Under the pieces are notes generated by a model. The model was not told the origin of the DNA. It worked only from the letters and a program-made list of their open reading frames with translations, and ran no database searches. Positions 9,787-19,060 of a stretch of 36,947 nt of DNA are shown one piece after another; position 1 is the first letter of the stretch, and each line of letters begins with the position of its first letter. The stretch lies in NCBI GenBank assembly GCA_905479885.1, contig CAJQOE010000061.1:1-36947 (forward strand). The letters are read 5' to 3'. The position numbers and the translations under genes are program-made. The DNA comes from an uncultured Rickettsiaceae bacterium (GTDB taxonomy: Bacteria; Pseudomonadota; Alphaproteobacteria; Rickettsiales; Rickettsiaceae).

Positions 9787-10162
9787 TAGCTAGAAGTAAA
9801 TAAGATTGCAATTTACTTCTAGTGCCTAGGATAAAGGTCCTGCATTAGTAATATGTTCTGAACCCCATATTTTTATATTAGCCAAGCAGTTTTTGGTTGG
9901 ATTGAGATAAGTAGAATGCAGGTGGTAAAAATTATTTCACAACTATTAATTCTTTGTTTTTGTTAGACTTGTGGAAGCTTGTATTATCCATAATCACATA
10001 GTTTTCGCAATATATGTCCCTTTGGAAAGATGAAGTATTGTGCATAAAATGGCGGGAAAGGGCGCTCCCTCTTGTCTTCATTTTCTTGACACCCCAATAT
10101 TTGATGACTCTGTATATAGACGATTCAAATAAACTCATGTTGTGCATAAAATGATACATCAA
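9787..10162 (-). mobile_element. Degraded IS630-family transposase remnant
   Basis: Minus strand gives YVIMDNTSFHKS..KELI. Across frameshifts it continues CEIIF / LPP (9920-9928) / STYLNP (LNP at 9898-9906) / CLANIKIW, matching the IS630 DDE C-terminus (MDNAxFHK...LPPYSPDLNPIExxWAxxK). Boundaries are approximate. Confidence 0.75.
9790..9822. repeat. Perfect 12-bp inverted repeat
   Basis: CTAGAAGTAAAT-aagattgca-ATTTACTTCTAG at the distal end of the IS630 remnant. Confidence 0.8.
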
Positions 10163-10255
10163 ATAGTATTATATATAAATAGCAAACAATGTAGCAATAA
10201 GCGGAACAATAAGAGCAGCTATCAAAATTAATAGCTGGTCTTATTGTTCAAATAT

Positions 10256-10690
10256 TTATGCGTTTACTTTATCTTCGTCTATGTGGTTTTTTTCATAGTT
10301 TTCATGGCGCATTTGTGCGTCGATGCATAGAGTGGCTACTGGTCTTGCAGCTAGGCGTTTAAGACCTATTTTTTCGCCAGTTTCTTCGCAATAACCATAA
10401 TTGCTTTTGTCGATTCTGGCAATTGTTGTTTCAATCTTGTCGATTAATTTACGATATCTGTCTCGTGTTCTAAGTTCAATCGTTGTTTCGGTTTCTACGC
10501 TGGCTCTATCGTTTAGATCTGATTCATTCCAATTTTCTTCTTTTAGATGAGTTAGAGTTTCACGTGATTCATTTAGCAACTCTTCTCTCCAGCTTTGCAA
10601 CTTTAATTTGAAATAACAAAGCTGCATTGGGTTCATGTATTCCTCGTCTTCAGAAGGGGTATAACCTTCAGGTAAAATAACTTTTTGCAT
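10256..10690 (-). CDS. dksA: RNA polymerase-binding protein DksA
   Basis: EEYMNPMQL, coiled-coil tip DLNDRA, YGYCEETGEKIGLKRL..RPVATLCIDAQ (two-Cys form). Start set at ATG 10690. Confidence 0.95.
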   Translation of the reverse strand: MQKVILPEGYTPSEDEEYMNPMQLCYFKLKLQSWREELLNESRETLTHLKEENWNESDLNDRASVETETTIELRTRDRYRKLIDKIETTIARIDKSNYGYCEETGEKIGLKRLAARPVATLCIDAQMRHENYEKNHIDEDKVNA

Positions 10691-10772
10691 AATGACCTTT
10701 CTCAAATTACTAGTATAAAAACAATATAGCGCACAAGCAAAATTCAACGCAAGTATATTTTCTTAAAAGCTT

Positions 10773-11696
10773 CTAATTAGAGTCTGGATGCGCTTTGTTG
10801 TATACGGATTCTAGATGGCTTTGATTAATTTTTGTATATCTTTGTGTGGTAGATAGGCTTTTATGTCCAAGTAAGTCTTGTATGGATCTTAAATTGGCCC
10901 CATTTTCTAGTAAATGCGTGGCAAAGCTATGTCTAAATGCATGAGAGCTCAGGTGCTCTGGCAGGCCAAGTATCCTACGCAATTGGATTAATTCCTGGTT
11001 AAATACTGCGCGTTGTAAAGGGCCACCACGCTTTCCACGAAATATGGGTTCATCTGTTTCAATGGAGTATGGTAGGTATGATATGTAGTTTATGATCAAT
11101 AATCTTGTCGCTTCTATCCAAGGGATAACTCTTTCTTTGTTACCTTTTCCTGTGATTCTAATAAATTCTTTATTTTCTAGATGTTTTTTTGTTATAGATA
11201 ATGCTTCAGAAATACGTAGTCCGCTAGCATAAATTAAGGTAAGTAAGGCTTTGTTGCGTATATGAATCCATTCTTCATCTCCTAGCATCTCAATGTTTTT
11301 TAGGGATATTTGTACTTCTTCTGTAGATAGTGCTTTTGGTAAGCTCTTTGATTTCTTGGGACTGTTTATTGTAAAAATAGCATGGCAATTAATGGCATGC
11401 TTTTTTTCCAAGTATCTGTAGAAGTTTTTTACAGAAGAGAGAGCCCTAGCATTAGAGGGGCTGCTGTAATTGTTCCTATGGCGCTCAGAAAGCCAGCTGC
11501 GCATTAAGCGTACATCAACGGCAGCAAGAATTTGAAGAGAAGCATCTTGCGATAGATAGTTGCTAATAAAATTTAGAAAATGATTTAGGTCATTAGAATA
11601 AGATAGCACAGTATGCTTGGAATAGTTACGTTGTACATCCAGATAATGTTGCCAGTCATTGATTATTTGCACGATTTCTGGTTGACGAATATACAT
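10773..11696 (-). CDS. xerC: Tyrosine recombinase XerC
   Basis: LIYASGLRISE, GKGNKER, HAFRHSFATHLL, LLGHKSLSTTQRYT, C-terminal YNKAHP. Confidence 0.9.
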   Translation of the reverse strand: MYIRQPEIVQIINDWQHYLDVQRNYSKHTVLSYSNDLNHFLNFISNYLSQDASLQILAAVDVRLMRSWLSERHRNNYSSPSNARALSSVKNFYRYLEKKHAINCHAIFTINSPKKSKSLPKALSTEEVQISLKNIEMLGDEEWIHIRNKALLTLIYASGLRISEALSITKKHLENKEFIRITGKGNKERVIPWIEATRLLIINYISYLPYSIETDEPIFRGKRGGPLQRAVFNQELIQLRRILGLPEHLSSHAFRHSFATHLLENGANLRSIQDLLGHKSLSTTQRYTKINQSHLESVYNKAHPDSN

Positions 11697-11700
11697 TATC

Positions 11701-13038
11701 TTATTTTCCTATACAAAAATTGCTAAAAATTTCTCCCAAAATTTCATCAACAGTAATTTTTCCAGTGATATTGCTTATAGCACGTATGGTCATACGTATA
11801 TCTTCTGTTATTAACACTAGGTCATTGTCTAAGGAAAAAGTTGATAAATATTCTAGTGCTTGCTCTAGTTGAGCTCTGTGTCTAGCGCGTGTAATTTGAG
11901 GTGCTTCTGAAGGGCGTGCTATACGTTCAGATATGATAATAATTTGATTCAGTAATTCTTTTAGGCCATCTTGTTTTTTTAGTGAAATACTAAGAGGGGT
12001 TTTGCCCTGTATTTCTTTTGGTAAGGTTTTTTCGCATAGGTCAATTTTGTTTAGTAAGATAATTGTATTATCATCGATGATTTCTGTAAAATAATCATTA
12101 TTGTCTAATGGAGTTGAGGCATCATAAATTATAATTTTAATATCGGAATTAAGAGAAGCTTTTTTGGCACGCTCCATCCCCTCTTGTTCAATAATATCTG
12201 TAGTGTCTTGATGAATTCCTGCAGTGTCTTGTATAATGATTGGATATCCTCCAATATCTAGATGTCCTTCTATTATATCACGCGTGGTGCCAGCAATATT
12301 CGATACAATCGCTAACTCCCTGTGCATTAGGTAATTTAATAAACTGGATTTACCTACATTTGGTTTGCCTAAAATAGTCAGTTTTAATCCACTACGTAAT
12401 CTTTCTCCGCGGTTGTTATCATTAAGATGCTCTTTGATTTCTTCAGCTATTTTTTCTATTAGTTTGCCAACTTGCTGGAGTGTTTCCTCGGGTATATCTT
12501 CATCTGGGAAATCAATATAAGCCTCAAGTAAACTAATTAGTTTCAGTAGCTGCATGCGCCATTGTTCATAGATTTTTTCTAGCCCACCTCCAAGTTGTTT
12601 TATAGCTTGACGATGTTGTAACTCGGTTTCAGAATCTATTAAATCAGCTAGTCCTTCTGCTGCAGTAAGGTCTATTTTTCCATTTAAAAAAGCTCTTTTG
12701 GCAAATTCACCAGCTTCTGCTAATCTAATTTCGGGTAGCTTGGTTAGAGTTTCATTAAGTAATTTTATTACAGCTAAGCTGCCATGAGTATGTATTTCTG
12801 CAGAATCTTCCCCTGTAAAACTTGAATTTTTGCTAAAAAATACAACCATAGATTCATCTATTTGTTGTTGGTTGTGTGGATTGAAGATGTTACGAAAATA
12901 TAATTTACGTGGTTCTAATTGTTCTGCTTGTCCACGTATTAGTTGTCCTAAGATTGTAATGGTGTTGGGGCCTGAAATTCTAAAGACGGCTACCCCAGCT
13001 TTACCATGGGCGGAGCACTGAGCAAAAATAGTATCCAT
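11701..13038 (-). CDS. mnmE: tRNA modification GTPase MnmE/TrmE
   Basis: GKPNVGKSS, GTTRD, DTAG, NKID and terminal FCIGK. Confidence 0.97.
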   Translation of the reverse strand: MDTIFAQCSAHGKAGVAVFRISGPNTITILGQLIRGQAEQLEPRKLYFRNIFNPHNQQQIDESMVVFFSKNSSFTGEDSAEIHTHGSLAVIKLLNETLTKLPEIRLAEAGEFAKRAFLNGKIDLTAAEGLADLIDSETELQHRQAIKQLGGGLEKIYEQWRMQLLKLISLLEAYIDFPDEDIPEETLQQVGKLIEKIAEEIKEHLNDNNRGERLRSGLKLTILGKPNVGKSSLLNYLMHRELAIVSNIAGTTRDIIEGHLDIGGYPIIIQDTAGIHQDTTDIIEQEGMERAKKASLNSDIKIIIYDASTPLDNNDYFTEIIDDNTIILLNKIDLCEKTLPKEIQGKTPLSISLKKQDGLKELLNQIIIISERIARPSEAPQITRARHRAQLEQALEYLSTFSLDNDLVLITEDIRMTIRAISNITGKITVDEILGEIFSNFCIGK

Positions 13039-13056
13039 TGATCTAATCCAAAATGC

Positions 13057-13085
13057 TTGATAGGTGATGTTATTTCTTATATTAT
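13057..13085 (+). promoter_or_regulatory. Putative sigma70 promoter of the gdh operon
   Basis: TTGATA-17 nt-TATTAT, 45 nt upstream of the gdh ATG. Confidence 0.4.
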
Positions 13086-13130
13086 ACTCGTAGTTTGTAA
13101 ATTTATAAAGCTATAATGGGATCATAATTC

Positions 13131-16100
13131 ATGGGTAATGTTGCTAATATCAAGAAATCATTGGCCCTTAGCCAACTAAATTGTAAAATTGATGATTTTA
13201 GTTCAGAGATTTTAGAGATAGTAAATGCAGAAAGTAAAGGCAATCTTTATATCAAATTCGTTAAACAGTTTTTAAAATATATCCCTGTTGACTATAGATC
13301 GCGTGATAAAATTAGTTTATTTGGTGATTTTACATATGAAGCATTTGAATTTTTTGCAGAGCGTGCATTAGGTGATCGTAATATTGAAATACATGTTGGT
13401 GAGTTTCATCGTGAGCCATCTATAACTATACTAATCTCTGCTGAAAATAGACCCTTCATTATTGATTCATTAAATAGTTTGTTAGCAAAATTATCGTTGA
13501 AAACAATTTTTACCTTTCATCCAGTTATTGTGACTCTTCGAGACGAGGATGGCAAGTTACAAGATGTTGTAAATAAAGGTGAGGGCGGCGTCAATGAATC
13601 TTTGATTTGTATAAAAGTTTTAGGCGCATTTGACGATGCGGCGTTAGAATCAATAAAAACTGAAATAAATAATATTCTTGATCTAGTTGATTACACTTAC
13701 AGCTCATGGCAGACGTTGCTTAATAAAATCATTGGAATTACTACAGATATTGTACATAACAAAGTTCTGTATGAAAAAGCATCCTTGCCTGCTGAGGAGA
13801 CATTAGATTTTTTAAATTGGTTGCAGAAAAATAATATTACTTTCCTTGGAGTCGTAGATTTTGACGTTGAATCTAAAAGCATAACAAGCGAAGAAGGTGT
13901 TAAAGAAATATGGGAAAATAATTTAGACGAAATTTCTACAATTATTGAGTTCTCTAAAAGCGAATATTATCAAAACAAGCTAGCAATGCTTGGGAAAATT
14001 AATAAGTTATCTCCTGTACATCGTAATGCATTAGTTGATTATATTTTAGTTAAACGTCTTGATGAGCATGGAGTTTACAAATCTGGTACTATAATTTTTG
14101 GCCTATACGGTACAGCGATTTATTTTCAGTCGATTAGGAGTATACCTATCTTACGCGATAAAATGGATTATGTTCTGGATGAATCTGGCTTTCCTTTAAG
14201 CGGGTATAACGCTAAGAAAATCAAGAATATTATAGAGTCATTGCCAAGAGACATATTAATTCAAATCGATGAAGAAGATCTATATTGCATGTGTATACAC
14301 ATGTTGTCTAGTATGCATAGTCGTAAACTAAAATTATTTGTGCAGCAAGATTGGTCTAATTCTTTTGTTAATGTGATTATTTTCTTACCAAGAGAAAGAC
14401 TAACGCCAGAGGTGTATAATGATATTAGCTTTTATTTGACTAATAAATTTGGCAATGAAATTATTGCAGATAATATAACTGTTGTAGCTCAAGATTTCTC
14501 ACACTTATTTGCAACTATTGCTGTAGATGATATATCAAAACTAGACTTTTCTCATGATGAGATGAAGACTGATCTGGTCAAAATAACTACAAATTGGTCT
14601 GAAGGATTATTGCATAAATTATGCGAAGAGATGGGCGAATATGCGGGCGGCATTAGACACAGAGAAATTGAATTGTCTTTTCCTACAGAATACAGACATA
14701 AATTCAATGCAGATGTAACTATAGATGATGTACATCATTTAGAAAAAGCTTCGGCGAATGATAAGTTGGGTTTTAATCTGACCGAAGGGGAAGGAAATGA
14801 GTTTATTCTAAAGTTTTATAGTCCAGAAGTGAATCTTACTCTGTCAGATACATTGCCTTCTATTGAAAATCTTGGTTTTGTTGCAATTGACGAGCAAAGC
14901 TTCGCAATAAAAGCTTCTTCTGACTTTAAGCAAAGCTGGATTTATGAATTTAGATTATTTAGTCCAATTACTATTGAACTACCCTTCTTGCAATTAAAAC
15001 ATAATATTGAGGAAGCGCTAAGTAAAGTGAGTGAGGGCGCTCTAATCAGCGATAACCTAAGTAAGTTGTTGGTAATATCTGGTTTAAAATGGACGCAAGT
15101 AAAATTACTAAGATGCTTAACGCGTTACTTGCATCAAACTGGTTTTTTATATGGTAAGGGTTATGTACAGCAAACTTTGCTTAAACACAATAAATACACA
15201 GAAATGCTTGTGGCTTTATTTGCCGCTAAATTTGATCCAAAAACTTGCTCTAAAGAACAGGTGGTTTTGTTATCAAAGGATATGTTAGCTTATTTAGAAG
15301 GAGTGTCTAGCAGCACAGAAGATAAAGTTCTGCAAAGTATGCGTGCTATAGTTGAAGCAATAGTAAGAACTAATTTTTATCAAAATATTGGATCTGAAAT
15401 TAAGAATTATTTATCATTTAAGTTTGATTCTAGCAAAGTCCCAGATTTGCCATTACCCGTACCTTATGCTGAGATTTTTGTTTATTCAAATGATTTTGAG
15501 GGGATACATTTGCGAGGTGGTAAGGTTGCAAGAGGTGGCCTGCGTTGGTCCGATCGTGGAGAAGATTATAGAACAGAAGTGCTTGGTTTAATGAAAGCAC
15601 AAATGACTAAAAATGCTGTAATTGTACCAGTTGGCTCTAAAGGAAGTTTTTATATTCATATTACCCAAGATACAATGAGTCAAGAAGAGTACATGCAGAA
15701 AGTAGTAGCATGTTACCAAGATTTCTTGCGTGGTCTATTGGATGTTACAGATAATCTAATAGATGGCAAGGTAGTGCATCCTGATAATACTATGATACAC
15801 GATGATGATGACCCATATCTTGTTGTTGCAGCAGATAAGGGCACAGCTAGCTTTTCTGACTATGCTAATGCGGTATCTCGGGAGTATGATTTTTGGCTTG
15901 GAGATGCTTTTGCATCCGGTGGGTCTGTTGGCTATGATCATAAAAAAATGGGTATTACTGCAAAGGGCGCTTGGATTTCTGCACAGTCGCATTTTCTCGA
16001 TATGGGAGTTGATATACAAAATGAACCCTTTACAGTAGTAGGGATAGGAGATATGTCGGGTGATGTGTTTGGTAATGGCATGCTATTATCTAAGTACATT

Positions 16101-17924
16101 AAGTTGGTTGCTGCCTTTAATCATCAGCATATTTTTATTGATCCAACACCGGACTATAATACTAGTTATGAAGAGAGAGAGAGCTTGTTTACAACGCCAC
16201 GAACAAGATGGACTGATTATAATCCTAAGCTAATTTCTAAAGGTGGTGGAGTCTTCGAGCGTTCAGCAAAAATTTTGCATATTTCTCAAGAAATACAAAT
16301 ATTGTTAGAATTGGACACTGAAACTATTACGCCGGATAAATTGATTAAAGCTATTTTGAGAGCAAAGGTAGATTTATTATGGAATGGTGGTATTGGTACT
16401 TATATTAAAGCATCTACAGAAAATAATATTGATATTGGTGATAAAACCAATGATATTTTAAGAGTAAATGGTAATGAAGTGCGTTCTAAAGTGATTGCAG
16501 AAGGCGGCAATCTTGGTCTATCGCAGCTTGGAAGGATCGAATATTCATTAAGTGGTGGACGCATTAATACTGACTTCATTGACAATTCAGCGGGCGTTGA
16601 TTGTTCAGATCATGAAGTTAATATCAAGATTGCTCTTAATAGTGCTGTTTTGTCTAAGAAAATTACTATGCAAGAGCGTAATGAGATCTTGGAAAAAATG
16701 ACTGGTGCGATTGAAGAATTAGTCTTGGTTGATAATTATGATCAAAATTTAGCGCTGACAATTTCTATGCTTTCAACAGCAGTTAACATTGAATCTTTTA
16801 GTCAATTGGCACAATCCTTAGAAAAAGAAGGTTTGTTAAATAGTGAGGTAGAATTTTTACCAAATAAAGCAGAGCTTTCAAGGCGCGCCGTATCTAATGA
16901 AGCAATGACTAGAGCAGAGCTTTCTGTTTTGTTATCTTATAGTAAGATGTCGTTTGATTTAGAATTATCTTCTGCACAGTTAGATGACAAATATTTTGAA
17001 AAATATTTGTTTAATTATTTTCCAGAGATAATGCGCGAAAAATTTAAAGAAGAAATTATTAATCATCCACTACGAGTAGAGATTATTCGCACAATTATCA
17101 CCAATAAATTAGTGAATCAGTTGGGTGGACCGTTAATCAGCTCGATCAAAAGTGAAACAGGTGGGCGTTCATGCGACATCTCTAGAGCGCATGCTGTTGT
17201 TATGGAAGTGTTCGAACTTGAGGCATTGTGGCAGAAAGTAGCTAATCTCGGTACTTCAGTTAATATGCCAATAAAGGTAGAAATGTTTTCTGACCTTGGT
17301 CGCATTATGCGACGCGGTGTTAGTTGGTTTGTTAGGAATAGTGAGCATCCAATTGATACTAATAATGCTATTCTGGATTTTAGCAAACAAACGGAAGCAT
17401 TATCTGGTATTATTAGTAAATTATTAGTTGGAACAACTAAAACCAGATTCTTTAGTAAAATTGAGCATTATACCAATTCCGGAGTGGAGCAAAAATTAGC
17501 TGAAGAAATTGCTACTCTAGAAGTTTTGGTATCGGCGTTTGATATTATCCATATTGCAAAACAGACGAGTACTAAGAATGAAGATATAGCTAATTTGTAC
17601 TTTGAAAGCGGAGATCTGTTTAGTATAGATTGGCTTAGACAATCTTGTGAAGCGCAAATTAATGAGTCTTACTGGAATAGATTGTCAGTGCAATCTTTAA
17701 AAGATGATTTTTATGATAAACAAAGAAGATTGATTGCAGCGATTGTCTCAGGCGATAAAAAAAATATAAATTTAAAATCATGGTTGCAAGAAAATTACCC
17801 TGCTGCTAGTATTTTTCTTAACTTTGTAGAAGATATAAAAAGGCAGGAAATTGTTAATTTTAATATGATTATACTTGCTAATAAGAAATTAGAGATATTT
17901 TTAAGAAAACTAAAGGTAGAGTAA
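13131..17924 (+). CDS. gdhB: Large (about 180 kDa) NAD-specific glutamate dehydrogenase, GdhB/GdhZ type
   Basis: 1597 aa; VARGGLRWSDR, DPYLVVAADKGTA, GDAFASGGS.GYDHKKMGITAKGAW, GIGDMSGDVFGNG, INTDFIDNSAGVDCSDHEVNIKI. Confidence 0.95.
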   Translation: MGNVANIKKSLALSQLNCKIDDFSSEILEIVNAESKGNLYIKFVKQFLKYIPVDYRSRDKISLFGDFTYEAFEFFAERALGDRNIEIHVGEFHREPSITILISAENRPFIIDSLNSLLAKLSLKTIFTFHPVIVTLRDEDGKLQDVVNKGEGGVNESLICIKVLGAFDDAALESIKTEINNILDLVDYTYSSWQTLLNKIIGITTDIVHNKVLYEKASLPAEETLDFLNWLQKNNITFLGVVDFDVESKSITSEEGVKEIWENNLDEISTIIEFSKSEYYQNKLAMLGKINKLSPVHRNALVDYILVKRLDEHGVYKSGTIIFGLYGTAIYFQSIRSIPILRDKMDYVLDESGFPLSGYNAKKIKNIIESLPRDILIQIDEEDLYCMCIHMLSSMHSRKLKLFVQQDWSNSFVNVIIFLPRERLTPEVYNDISFYLTNKFGNEIIADNITVVAQDFSHLFATIAVDDISKLDFSHDEMKTDLVKITTNWSEGLLHKLCEEMGEYAGGIRHREIELSFPTEYRHKFNADVTIDDVHHLEKASANDKLGFNLTEGEGNEFILKFYSPEVNLTLSDTLPSIENLGFVAIDEQSFAIKASSDFKQSWIYEFRLFSPITIELPFLQLKHNIEEALSKVSEGALISDNLSKLLVISGLKWTQVKLLRCLTRYLHQTGFLYGKGYVQQTLLKHNKYTEMLVALFAAKFDPKTCSKEQVVLLSKDMLAYLEGVSSSTEDKVLQSMRAIVEAIVRTNFYQNIGSEIKNYLSFKFDSSKVPDLPLPVPYAEIFVYSNDFEGIHLRGGKVARGGLRWSDRGEDYRTEVLGLMKAQMTKNAVIVPVGSKGSFYIHITQDTMSQEEYMQKVVACYQDFLRGLLDVTDNLIDGKVVHPDNTMIHDDDDPYLVVAADKGTASFSDYANAVSREYDFWLGDAFASGGSVGYDHKKMGITAKGAWISAQSHFLDMGVDIQNEPFTVVGIGDMSGDVFGNGMLLSKYIKLVAAFNHQHIFIDPTPDYNTSYEERESLFTTPRTRWTDYNPKLISKGGGVFERSAKILHISQEIQILLELDTETITPDKLIKAILRAKVDLLWNGGIGTYIKASTENNIDIGDKTNDILRVNGNEVRSKVIAEGGNLGLSQLGRIEYSLSGGRINTDFIDNSAGVDCSDHEVNIKIALNSAVLSKKITMQERNEILEKMTGAIEELVLVDNYDQNLALTISMLSTAVNIESFSQLAQSLEKEGLLNSEVEFLPNKAELSRRAVSNEAMTRAELSVLLSYSKMSFDLELSSAQLDDKYFEKYLFNYFPEIMREKFKEEIINHPLRVEIIRTIITNKLVNQLGGPLISSIKSETGGRSCDISRAHAVVMEVFELEALWQKVANLGTSVNMPIKVEMFSDLGRIMRRGVSWFVRNSEHPIDTNNAILDFSKQTEALSGIISKLLVGTTKTRFFSKIEHYTNSGVEQKLAEEIATLEVLVSAFDIIHIAKQTSTKNEDIANLYFESGDLFSIDWLRQSCEAQINESYWNRLSVQSLKDDFYDKQRRLIAAIVSGDKKNINLKSWLQENYPAASIFLNFVEDIKRQEIVNFNMIILANKKLEIFLRKLKVE

Positions 17925-18379
17925 TGACTTCGAAGTTAAAAGAAGCTAGGGAGGCTGCTGGATATAGTATTGAAGAACTATCTAAGATTCTAAAAATTCG
18001 TAAGCAATATCTAACTGATTTAGAAGAAGAAGTTTATGATAATATACCTGGTCAAGTTTACATTGATGGATATACTAAAATATACTATGAGTTTTTAGGA
18101 CCAGATTGCCCTACAAAAAATAACATAACTATTAATGTACCTAAATTAGCTAAGATTGAAAATCAAATTGAAAAAAAATATATAATATTGCTGTCGGCCG
18201 TACTTTTAGTTGCTGTTATATCTTTTTATCTATATTTCAAATCTACAGTCTCAAACGAAATCGTACCTTTGGATGATGGTATACCACTAAATGATATAGC
18301 TACTAATGTAATAGAAGAGCGTGGAAATAACGAAGATATAATAGAAGAACATGGAAATAACGAAGCAACAATTGATTGA
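17924..18379 (+). CDS. RodZ-like HTH membrane protein, short form
   Basis: N-terminal HTH (LKEAREAAGYSIEELSKILKIRKQYLTDLEE..PGQVYIDGY), one TM helix, short acidic tail, no full periplasmic domain. Confidence 0.75.
   Translation: MTSKLKEAREAAGYSIEELSKILKIRKQYLTDLEEEVYDNIPGQVYIDGYTKIYYEFLGPDCPTKNNITINVPKLAKIENQIEKKYIILLSAVLLVAVISFYLYFKSTVSNEIVPLDDGIPLNDIATNVIEERGNNEDIIEEHGNNEATID
18309..18365 (+). repeat. 30-bp-period tandem duplication
   Basis: TAATAGAAGAGCGTGGAAATAACGAAG (18309-18335) versus TAATAGAAGAACATGGAAATAACGAAG (18339-18365); 25 of 27 identical. Confidence 0.9.
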
Positions 18380-18581
18380 TACTATTCATCAGATTGGTAA
18401 TAAAATAGATGATATGCTAGTTAAATCTGCTAAGCAAGAGCAGCAGATTATGGATTTGCAGTCTCAAAACAAAGAGCTAAAAAAGAACAATCAGGCAACT
18501 CTTGATCAAATTAAAGAGTATATTCAAGAATTAGAGCAAATTAGAAATCATTATGTCGATAGTCACAATAACTCTGAATAA
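18351..18581 (+). CDS. Small coiled-coil protein upstream of zapA (ZauP/ZapB-like)
   Basis: 76 aa, Q/K/E/L-rich heptad pattern; overlaps zapA. Family assignment rests on position and composition only. Confidence 0.65.
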   Translation: MEITKQQLIDTIHQIGNKIDDMLVKSAKQEQQIMDLQSQNKELKKNNQATLDQIKEYIQELEQIRNHYVDSHNNSE

Positions 18582-18864
18582 TAAGCAGTTTAAGTTATCT
18601 TGTCCTGAGGAAAGTAAAGATAAACTGGAGTCTTTAGCTGATAAATTAGATTGTGCAATTCAAGATACTAAGAGCAGTAATCCAGCTGCATCATTTGAGT
18701 TGGCTTTAATTATTACTGCACTTGGCCTAATAAATGATACAACATCTCAAGAACAAAAAACAGGAGGAGAGGTGTTAGAAAAGGCTAATGCTGATTTTCA
18801 AAAACTACTATCATCACTTTCGTTAGAATTAAAAACTGTTGCAAAAAAAATTGAAAACTGTTAA
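18553..18864 (+). CDS. zapA: Cell division protein ZapA
   Basis: VTITLNNKQFKLSCPEE..LESLADKLD..LALIITAL, typical of alphaproteobacterial ZapA; followed by 6S RNA. Confidence 0.85.
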   Translation: MSIVTITLNNKQFKLSCPEESKDKLESLADKLDCAIQDTKSSNPAASFELALIITALGLINDTTSQEQKTGGEVLEKANADFQKLLSSLSLELKTVAKKIENC

Positions 18865-18875
18865 TAGTTGGAATT

Positions 18876-19032
18876 GGGCTACTTGGTTCGTTTGGTTTGA
18901 TATAAATCCTCTGGACTATAATTATTCTATACGGGATTGGCCTCTGATTTGCGCTGTGGCGTAATCACTGCCAAACCCACTTTAACTTAAGGTTCTCTGA
19001 CGATGAACTTATCCTGACGGCTAAAGTGGTCT
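18876..19032 (+). ncRNA. ssrS: 6S RNA
   Basis: About 157 nt directly after zapA, the known conserved synteny. Closing stem GGGCTACTT/AAGTGGTCT plus GGTTCGT/ACGGCT; rod-like complementarity around a central bulge. Ends are approximate. Confidence 0.8.
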
Positions 19033-19060
19033 TCTTCTTTTTGTATTGTGTCTGGTTGGA

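Noticed and set aside
10256-10690. DksA with only two cysteines
   Set aside because: This is the usual alphaproteobacterial form.
10773-11696. Tyrosine recombinase as a possible phage or island integrase
   Set aside because: Length, motifs and housekeeping context fit XerC; no att site, tRNA or cargo genes.
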